Assembly: GCA_040754395.1 (NCBI GenBank)
Contig: JBFMCL010000010.1
Span: 43,620 to 107,619 of the forward strand
DNA: 64,000 nt
Source of the DNA: Nitrospirota bacterium
GTDB taxonomy: Bacteria; Nitrospirota; Thermodesulfovibrionia; Thermodesulfovibrionales; SM23-35
Direction: 5' to 3'
Position 1 is the stretch's first letter. The number at the start of each line of letters is the position of its first letter. Under the pieces are notes generated by a model. The model searched no databases. It saw only the letters and a program-made list of their open reading frames with translations, and was not told the origin of the DNA. A program made the position numbers and the translations under genes. Positions 47,644-56,800 of this stretch are shown here, piece after piece.

Positions 47644-47892
47644 CTATTTTATTCCTTTTGAAATTTTTTTAGGGCCGGGAAGATCGGCAAGAATCATGCA
47701 TGACCGCTCTAATTTAGCTGCTGCCAAACGTATACGCCGGATGTCTTCCCTGTGTCCCTCAATCGTGCCGTGAGCAAAATTGAGCCGGGCGACGTTCATT
47801 CCCCACCTCATCAATTCCTCAAGGACGGTTTCTGAACGAGAGGCCGGGCCGATTGTGCATACGATTTTCGTTTTGTGATCAGACAATTTCAC
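47644..47892 (-). pseudogene. pyk: Truncated pyruvate kinase (first ~75 codons only)
   Basis: KTKIVCTIGPAS...MNVARLNFAHG...ILADLPGPK, then unrelated codons and a stop. Confidence 0.88.
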
Positions 47893-47899
47893 ACCCACA

Positions 47900-49012
47900 C
47901 TATTTCCCCCTAATCTGCACATACCGTGCAATGCCGTTTCTGGTAATCAAGCCGGAAAGTTTGTTGTTTTCTATAATGACTAACCGTCCTTTGTCTTCTT
48001 TTATCATTAATTCAAGTGCTTTCATGACTTCGTCTTCAGGAGAGACCTCCCATCTTTTGTCATGTGGCACTAAAATATCAGCTACCTTCTCCCTCCCCCA
48101 ATTTTCTCTATGAATATTTTTAACCTCTTTGAGGGTAACAATGCCGAGAAATTTTTCGTCATCGATGATTGGGAATCCACCATAGCCATATCTGAGAAAA
48201 TAATTAGTCACAGCCTCATCGACGGTAATGAATGAACTGAGTGTCACTATATCCTTCACCATTATGTCTCTAACTTTAATCCCTGACAAGCTTTCCTGAA
48301 GGGTTGATTGCTGGTAACTCGCCTGCGCTGCTGTATAGAGGAACCACCCTATGAGCATCAGCCACAATCCCACCTGGATACCGGTAAATATGGAGAATAT
48401 TCCAAAAATGATAAAAAACAGGGCGATTTTCTGCCCGATGCTTGAGGCCTTCTGGGTTGCGTAATAAAAATTCTTTTTCTTCTCCCAGATTACGGACCTC
48501 AATACCCTACCGCCGTCCATAGGAAAACCAGGGATGAGGTTAAACACACCGATAATAAGATTGATCTGTGCGAGATAAGAAAAAAGCGCCTTTATGCCAC
48601 CTGTTGTATTCCCCGATAAGAAGAAAAAAAGAACAGACAGGAAGAAGCTTGAAAGCGGGCCTGCAATGGCAATCCTGAATTCTGCCTTTGGATTAGGCGG
48701 TTCCCCTTTCATCTGCGCAACGCCGCCGAAAATAAAGAGGGTAATGCTTTCTATAGATATCTTATATCTCTGGGCGACAAAGGAGTGGGCGAGTTCATGG
48801 AATGCTACCGAGGCAAAAAGCAATAGGGCTGCGAGAGTGCCTTTTATCCAGTATGAGGCTGTCGGAAGATCAGGCGCTGCATTCGGGAAATAGTACGTAG
48901 ACAGGGACCATGTTATCAAGCCAAAGACAATAAGCCATGAGAAATGCACCCGTATCGGTATCCCCATTATTTTCCCGATTCTCCATGCGCCCTGAAATAA
49001 TGCGCTATTCAT
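47900..49012 (-). CDS. Site-2 (M50) intramembrane metalloprotease with CBS pair
   Basis: HELAH, NLIPGFPMDGGR, multiple TM segments, C-terminal CBS repeats. Confidence 0.93.
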   Translation of the reverse strand: MNSALFQGAWRIGKIMGIPIRVHFSWLIVFGLITWSLSTYYFPNAAPDLPTASYWIKGTLAALLLFASVAFHELAHSFVAQRYKISIESITLFIFGGVAQMKGEPPNPKAEFRIAIAGPLSSFFLSVLFFFLSGNTTGGIKALFSYLAQINLIIGVFNLIPGFPMDGGRVLRSVIWEKKKNFYYATQKASSIGQKIALFFIIFGIFSIFTGIQVGLWLMLIGWFLYTAAQASYQQSTLQESLSGIKVRDIMVKDIVTLSSFITVDEAVTNYFLRYGYGGFPIIDDEKFLGIVTLKEVKNIHRENWGREKVADILVPHDKRWEVSPEDEVMKALELMIKEDKGRLVIIENNKLSGLITRNGIARYVQIRGK

Positions 49013-49085
49013 TTGTTGTCACCTCTTTCTTAGTTCTATCGAATTATATGGCAACTCTATCGTTATCTCCGTACCCTGTCCTGGA

Positions 49086-49208
49086 TTACAGGTCCTCTTT
49101 TTTCCAGAGAGTCTCACCTGCCGGGACATGCTTGATTTCAAAAAAAGCGGATAGATACTCGACATCTTCATCACTCAGGAAATTGAATGCGCTTTTTCCT
49201 TCTTCATA
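49086..49208 (-). pseudogene. Fragment of a cNMP-binding protein, paralog of 59653-60108
   Basis: KSAFNFLSDEDVEYLSAFFEIKHVPAGETLWKKED versus KSVFKFLSDEDFEDLSAFFESKHIPAGETLWKKED; DNA similarity 49091-49208 with 59958-60075. Confidence 0.8.
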
Positions 49209-49242
49209 ATAGTGCAGATTTATATATTCTCCAGCATAGTCT

Positions 49243-50328
49243 TTATGTCCGGGAATAGGTAATACTGTCTTTTTGAAATTCTTCAATGATTTCATCGGTC
49301 AGAGAAGGACGAATTGCTGACAATATTTGCATAAAAATATCTGTGGTTACCCGATAATCTTCCCTGCTGGCATATTCCTGTTCAAACGCGAATTGAGCAA
49401 CTTGTTGAAAGAGGTATTCAATATCCGCAGGCGTAAATCGGGAAGTCATCCTGACAATTAGATTCAGATCGATTTCTTCCGTATTGAGCTTGGACAGGTA
49501 ATATTCAAGAATCGTTCTCCTTCCATCCTCGTCCAGACCACCAACCGGTATGATGCAATCGAACCGTCCTGGACGAAGCAGCGCGGCATCCAGCTGACGG
49601 ATATAGTTGGTGGCACACACGAGCAATATTTTGTTCCCTTGATTCTTGAGCAGGGGAACTTGTTTGAGAAATTCATTGGTGATGGACTTGTCAACCCTTG
49701 ATGCGATATCCCGACTTGCCGCGATTTCTTCGAACTCGTCAATAAAGATAACTGATTTTTCCAGGTTTCTCGCCTTTTCCATTGTTTTGTGTAAATTAAT
49801 TCCAATTCTATCCACACCATCTACCATGAGCATGCTGGGCAAAATTTCGATATACCACCATGACAAGACACCTGCTATTGCTTTAACAAAATGAGTCTTG
49901 CCGGTGCCTGGAGGTCCAAAGAAAATAATGGTCTTCGGCGGAATTACTCCATGCTTTTTTGACAGGCTTTCTTCCGTCAGGGGAAGGATAATTCTTCGTT
50001 GAACCATCTGTTTTGGAGGCTGAGAATCAGATATAGTGTCCCATATTTCTCTGCTGATGATCTGAGCTCCCATCTCAGATAGGATATTCTGTCTTTCGTA
50101 GTCCATATATTCATTAAGGGCTTGATCCATATTTTCGAGAAAATCGATGCATGCAGTCCGCAATCCTGCATCGCGGCCGAGTTTTTCAGACATGAGCCAT
50201 TTATGCTGCAATATTTTTGCCCAAATGTCAGTGGCGGTTTCAGGATCAAATTTTGTACCACTAATTTCAAAGATAGTGCTCGCACATTCATCTGGTGACG
50301 GTGTTTCCGGAAAACTTATATTCATCAT
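49243..50328 (-). CDS. AAA+ ATPase with N-terminal DUF4032-like segment
   Basis: GPPGTGKT, IFIDEFE, ATNY...DAALLRPGRFD; N-terminal HKWLMSEKLGRDAG. Confidence 0.88.
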   Translation of the reverse strand: MMNISFPETPSPDECASTIFEISGTKFDPETATDIWAKILQHKWLMSEKLGRDAGLRTACIDFLENMDQALNEYMDYERQNILSEMGAQIISREIWDTISDSQPPKQMVQRRIILPLTEESLSKKHGVIPPKTIIFFGPPGTGKTHFVKAIAGVLSWWYIEILPSMLMVDGVDRIGINLHKTMEKARNLEKSVIFIDEFEEIAASRDIASRVDKSITNEFLKQVPLLKNQGNKILLVCATNYIRQLDAALLRPGRFDCIIPVGGLDEDGRRTILEYYLSKLNTEEIDLNLIVRMTSRFTPADIEYLFQQVAQFAFEQEYASREDYRVTTDIFMQILSAIRPSLTDEIIEEFQKDSITYSRT

Positions 50329-50388
50329 TTACCTCTTTTTGTTCTTTTTAAAATTGTATTGCAAAATATTATAAAGGCCTTCTGTTTA

Positions 50389-50454
50389 ATAAGCCCCTGG
50401 AGCAGAATGGATGTTTTTCCGTATGTCTGCCCACTGATCAGAGGGATAGAAATG
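50389..50454 (-). pseudogene. Remnant of a B12/radical SAM gene paralogous to 61427-62932
   Basis: 66 nt similar to 62457-62521, including 25 identical nt (TTCCGTATGTCTGCCCACTGATCAG). Confidence 0.75.
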
Positions 50455-50497
50455 ACTTTCTCATATCAACGGTTTTCATGATTACTACGCCAGCCTC

Positions 50498-50739
50498 CTA
50501 CTTCTGAAAGTACTTCCGAACTTTTGCAGCAATCTGACGATCTGTCATCTTGTCTACTGTTTCAATACCTACGATTCGTCCACCGAGGTTGTTTCTTTTA
50601 AGACGTTTTTTCAGTTCGTCTTTTGCGTCACCAGGACCAAATATCAGTATAGCTTCTGCATCACGAATACTCGCAATTACCGCATCGTAGTAGATATTGA
50701 GATTTCCCGTAAGCCTTCTCTGGCGGCTGTTGTTTTCAT
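50498..50739 (-). pseudogene. Internally deleted, frameshifted host-attachment/eRF1-domain-like hypothetical gene
   Basis: SD plus ATG (MKTT) is out of frame with SRQRRLTGNLNIYYDAVIASIRDAEAILIFGPGDAKDELKKRL...GIETVDKMTDRQIAAKVRKYFQK*; 242 nt span. Family assignment from recall. Confidence 0.7.
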
Positions 50740-50822
50740 AATTTTTCCTTTAGATATCAGATCATCTCAACTATTTCAGTATACTACTAATTATAAGAGC
50801 TTTTTAGAGCGGGCGTCTTCTT

Positions 50823-53800
50823 TTAATCGCCTGGGGAAGGTATTCTCACCTCGACCGAGTGTTCCTGACGGTCGTCAACAAGGGGGATAGCCTGATCGTC
50901 GCGCTCAACACCATCGACTATCACACGTGTCCCGCCATTTCCGGTGCGCGTTTGCAGGACAGTGATATGGTAGATAGTTTCCCGGTATCGGTAGTGTACC
51001 TTGAATGTCTCCCAATCAGCAGGGAGGCACGGTGCGAAACTCAGTTTGTCTATGTTAAGCCGCAGCCCTAGAAGTGATTCCACGATAAGCCGGTACATCC
51101 AACCGGCAGATCCAGTGTACCATGTCCATCCACCGCGGCCGGTGTGCGGCGGGAACGCATATACGTCCGCAGCGACAACATACGGTTCCACTTTATAGGT
51201 TGCAATCCCCTCCGGTAATTTCGCATGGTTTATCGGATTTATCATTGCCAGCAGTTCCCATGCACGTCTGCTGTCGCCTAATTGAGCGAACGCCATTGCT
51301 GTCCAGATTGCCCCATGAGTGTATTGTCCGCCATTTTCCCTGACGCCGGGGACGTACCCTTTTATATAGCCGGGATTCAAATTCGATCTATCGAAGGGCG
51401 GGTCCAGGAGCTGGACCAGCGCATGCTCTCGGTTAACGAGGCGCTTATCCACAGCTTCCATTGCCATACGCGAGCGTTCAGCATCTCCGGCACCTGATAG
51501 AACGGACCAGCTTTGCGGAATGGAATCAATTTGGCATTCAGGATTACTCGCCGATCCGAGCGGCGATCCGTCGTCGAAGTAAGCACGGCGATACCATTCA
51601 CCATCCCAACCATTCTGCTCGATGTTCCGGCGCAGCTGAGCCGCCTCCCTCTCACAGCGTTCGACGAAGGGCAGGTCATCATGTATGCGTGCAATATCAG
51701 TGAACCTCATGAGCACTTCATAGAGGAAGAATCCCAACCATACACTTTCGCCTTTGCCGTGTTCGCCCACAACGTTCATGCCGTCGTTCCAATCACCCGA
51801 GCCGATGAGCGGCAGGCCGTGTACGCCTACTAAGCTGATGCCTCTCAGGATAGCCCGCACACAGTGATCGTATAAACTGGTCGCTTGTTCAGACCGCTTG
51901 GGAAGATCGTAATACGAGTCCTCGTCGGCATTTACCGGGCGGCCCTCGATGAAGTAGACGGATTCATCCAATACCCCGGTGTCTCCGGTGCTGATAACGT
52001 AACGGCACGTGGCCAACGGTAACCAAAGGAAATCGTCCGAACAGTGAGTACGCACGCCGCGCCCTGACGGATGATGCCACCAATGCTGAACATCTCCCTC
52101 CTGGAACTGACGGGCAGCACAGAGGAGGATGTGTTCGCGTACGAGACGCGGCTCTGTGTGGATGAGTGCCATCACGTCCTGCAACTGATCGCGGAAACCG
52201 AAGGCGCCTGCCGACTGGTAGTATCCGCTGCGCGCCCAAAGGCGGCACGCTATAGTTTGGTATAAGAGCCAGCCGTTGGTCAGTACATTTACGGTCGGGT
52301 CGGGTGTTTCCACATTCACTGCGCCGAGCGTCTTATTCCAGTACTGCCAGACTGTTTCAAGCGTAAAGCGCGCTACAGCAGATCCACGAAAGCGCCGCAG
52401 CAGGTTGTCGGCGTCATTGGCATCTTGCCCTACGCCGAGTCTGAAGATGATCTCGCGTTCTTGTCCGTCGGCTAATTCGAATGGTATCTGTATAGCGGCG
52501 CAGGGATCCAAAGCGGCTCCTACCTTCCCGGAAAGCCGAGAGCGTTTCATCGCAGCCGGACTCCGAAGTGTGCCGTTGCGCCCAAGGAACTCTGTCCTGT
52601 CGCCGCTTAAGCTCCGGTTCGTATCGTCCACATCGAAGAAAGCAGTCCGGTTGCGAAATTCCGTGTTATATGAGTTGCGCGCAAAGAGCGCGCCGCTATT
52701 CGGGTCAATTTCGGTGATAACGTGCATGGACGATTTCGTCCGCAGGTCGCCAAGAACCCATTCAACGTATCCAGTAGTGGAAAGTCGGCGTGATCGCCCC
52801 GACTCGTTTCGCACTTTGAGCACCGTGAACTTGATAGGTGCATCCATGGCCACATAAACCCACACTTCTGAGTGGATACCACGCTCTGTGTGCTCGAAGA
52901 CGCTGTAACCAAATCCGTGTCGGGTGACGTAAGGTGTCGCCCCGCGGCTGGGCAGCGGCATGGGGGACCAGAAGTGGCCGCGCTCTTCGTCACGGATGTA
53001 AAATGCCTCTCCGCTCGAATCGCTCACGGGATCGTTCCCCCAGGGAGTGAGGCGGAACTCATGGGCATTCTCGCTCCAGGTGTAGGCAAGCCCGCTCTCT
53101 GAAATGATGGACCCGAAGTGCGGGTTTGCCAGCACATTCACCCACGGCGCCGGCGTCATCTGGCCATAAGCGGTCGTAATAACGTACTCGCGACCGTCAG
53201 CTGTGAATCCGCCCAGCCCGTTGAAGAACGCCAGATCGTGGCGAGGCAGCGCGCCGACCGCCAAGGGTTCGGAGCGGTGGGTTCTGGTCAGTGTAAGGAG
53301 CGGCACTGTTACTTCCACAAGACTGCGACGGTTGATCTGGTCTGCCAGCGCCCCACGGCTATCGGTGATGATGGCGCGAGCGACCGTTTGGATCAGGATG
53401 CGGTCCTCCTCCGATATCTGGTCCGCAGGTCTTAGGAAAATGCCGCCGGGTCGATTGGTCACGTTAGCTTCGGTGCCCGCGGCAATGAGCCCCATGATCT
53501 GGTCTTGCAGAAGTTGCCGGTAACCGGCGTGATCTTCGTTCCAGATCACCAGGTCAATCGCCAGTCCCTTCAAACGCCAGTATGCGTGAGCCTGCACGAG
53601 TTGGCGCACCAGTTCGATATTTGTAGGATCTTCTATCTGCACCAGCACGATCGGCAAATCGCCGGAGATGGCGTAGCCCCAGAGACCGGATTGACCCCGG
53701 TGGTTTTTAATGAGGACGCTCGGTTCAGCGCGCAGCGAAGAATTAGCATAAATTATCGAGCTGGCAAGGCGCCCATAGAGTTGCGCGTCGGCCTCTGTGG

Positions 53801-56800
53801 CATTGAACTGCCGCAGAAAGACCTGGCCATGTGTCCATGCCAGATCAAAGACGCGATCCGCGAGATGTCGATCACGGTATTTCTCCACAAGGCCCAGACA
53901 CACGTCGCGGGTTTCGCCGATGCCCGAGACAATATTTATCGTTACCGATTTTTCCGGATCCAGCGTTATCCGATACCGGATCGCGACAATCGGGTCGAGC
54001 ACGGAACCCTCACTGTCCGAGAGAGCACCCGTAAAAAAACCATCTGCCCCGCTCATCGCTTGCGGATTTTCAACGGTGTTTCCACGGCCGATGAACTGCA
54101 TGCGATCCGTCTCATAGGAAACTTCTCCGATCTCCGCCTCATGCACAGCCATCAGGTGAAACATCCAAGGCGTCTGCTCGCCTTGGGAGCGGGGTCGGCG
54201 AGTGCAGAGGATCGCCTGCTGCTGGCGAATGATCTCGGTCTGAACAAAGAGATTGCTGAACGCCGGATGCAGTGCTTCCGCGGCAGACGGTGCAAGAACC
54301 ACTTCCGCGTAACTCGTAACATCAATCGCTCTGCGTGTCCGAGCCCGGTTGGTGATGCGGACTCGGCGCAGTTCAATGTCATCCTCGGGTGAAACAGCGA
54401 TCTCCGTATGTGTGTCAAAGTCGTGGTCCCGGCAGCGAAACTCTACTTTCGCCTCCGAGAAAATCGCTTCGTAATTATTCGATTGATTGGCCGGTCGTTT
54501 GAGCGTCGGCTGATATGCGGTTGACCAGAACTCTCCGCTCGCCACGTCGCGGAGGTAACAGAATGTGCCCCAGTTGTCGCGGGTAGTGTCTTCGTGCCAT
54601 CGTGTCACTGCGATATCCTTCCAACGGCTGTAACCGCCCCCCGCATTTGTAATCATCACGTGGTATCTACCGTTGGACAACAACTGCACTTCAGGGAGCG
54701 GCGTATCCGGGCTGTTAAAAACGCGGACCGGCATCCCTGTGACACTGGAAGCCCCCTTTATGTAGGAGAGTTCGGCGGTGTGCGAATAAAACGCCGTTGC
54801 CTTTGGTACCCGCTCTTGGAGCAACAGCATGGTTGCCTGGAACACCGGGTCCGACTCGAATCGCTTCTGCATCGGACGGTCCAGGAGCAGATAGGCCAAA
54901 GAGAGCAAGCTCATTCCAACGTGATGTGCCATGAAGGAGCGAACCACAGCACTCGACTGTCCGCGCGGCAGACGTGAAGGTGTGTAGTCGATCGCTTCAT
55001 AGAAGCCGTATTTTCCTTCGAACCCTTCAGCAGAGAGCCGCTGCAGATTCATGCACGCTTCCTCTGGCGCTACCATCAACGCAAGCGCTGAGGCATAGGG
55101 GGCAATTACCAGATCCCCGGAGAGCCCGCGTTGGAGCCCCAGGCCAGGCACGCCAAAAGCGCGGTACTGGTAGTTAAGATGGCCATCGATCACGTTGTAG
55201 CCGGATTCCGAAATACCCCACGGCACTCCGCGTCTCTTTCCATATTCGATCTGCCCAGCCACAGCCGCCTTATAAGTCTGGTCGAGTAGCGTATTTTCAT
55301 ACGTAGGCATTACCAGCAATGGCATGAGATACTCAAACATCGATCCGCCCCACGAAAGGAGAATCGGCTCTCCACTCGTAGTGGTGAGCAGGCGCCCCAG
55401 GGTGAACCAGCTCTCCTGCGGCAGTTGTTCCTGCGCAATCGCCACAAAACTGCACAATCTCGCTTCTGAAGCCAGTAGATCGTAGTAACTCGAGTCCCGC
55501 CGGCGTTCACCTACGTTGTACCCGATAGTCAATAGATGGCGCTCCTCGTCGAAAAGAAAATCATATTCCATACGGGCGAGTTCGCCGGATTGCAATGCAA
55601 GCTGCTCGATAGCCGCGATTCTCTCAATGGCACTTTGGTTGCCAGTTCCTGCCAATTCGCGCAGTGTCGGTATCTCATCGATGACGCTAACTGCTGGCGG
55701 GTTAAGAAGGGTCAGCTCATCGAGGGCGTCACGGCATTGCCGGGCAAATGCACGCGCCCACCACCCGGCCAGGTTCTCACGGTCGGCATCAAAGCCAACG
55801 ACCACTTCTGCAGCAGATAGTGCCAGATGATCAAGGCACTGCCGAGCCGCCATAAGTGTAGTTGGCGGGGACTTGAGCGCTGACTCCATGCCTTGCCGAA
55901 GATGGGCAATCCCCGCTGGTGCGATTACTCCAGGAGTATCCGCAAAAATCCCCACGAGAATCATTAGTGTATCGCTGAGGCCGTCAAACAATCTCGCTCC
56001 AATGATCTTTTGATCGGGAAGCGCGAGCAGACCCTGCCGCAATGTCAACAGATGGCCTGCAAGGTTGCCGCTGTCTACCGTAGAAATGTAGTAGGGCGAT
56101 AGTGGTTTCAGAGATTGCGTGCTGTACCAGTTGTAAAAGTGTCCCCGGTATCGTTCCAATGTTTTCATTGTGTGGAATGCATTCGCCGTGCGCTTGATGA
56201 GCTGTCCTGTTGAAATATAGCCGAAGTCGTAGGCGGATAAATTCGCGAGCAGCGCAAGGCCCATGTTGGTCGGCGAGGTGCGATGGACGGCCACGGCAAC
56301 CGGATACTCCTGATAGTAATCCGGCGGCAGCCAATTATCTTCCGGGTCGACAAATGTGTCGAAGAACGCCCAGCTCTTTCGTGCAAGCTTCCGGAGAAAG
56401 AAGGTCTGTTCTTCCGTCAACCTTGCTCCACGGCGGGCGAGCGGTCGGCTAATCCACCACGCGATAGCAGGGGAAGCAAACCAGAAACCCAGTATAGGCA
56501 CAGCCACAGCTAATACCTCCGGCCTCGAAATAGTCAGATAAATCATCGCGACAAAAGCAATAATGGGGGCGATCCACATCATTCGGTAAGATGCGACGAT
56601 TTCCGCGTGGCTGCTATGGGCCGTGATGCCCGACGGACTCCATTCGAGAAGTCGCTTACGCGTAACCAGCATCCGCCACGTGGTGCGCATAAGCGCATCG
56701 AGACTGTAAAATGCCTCGTAAGGCAAGCAGACGAGCGAAAATACAACTTGAGCGAAACGCCTGCGCGCAGAGCGCACTGAGGCAGCAAGGTGCTGCCTCA

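Noticed and set aside
53505-54392. 295-aa and other plus-strand ORFs within the glucan synthase
   Set aside because: Antisense shadows in GC-rich coding DNA.
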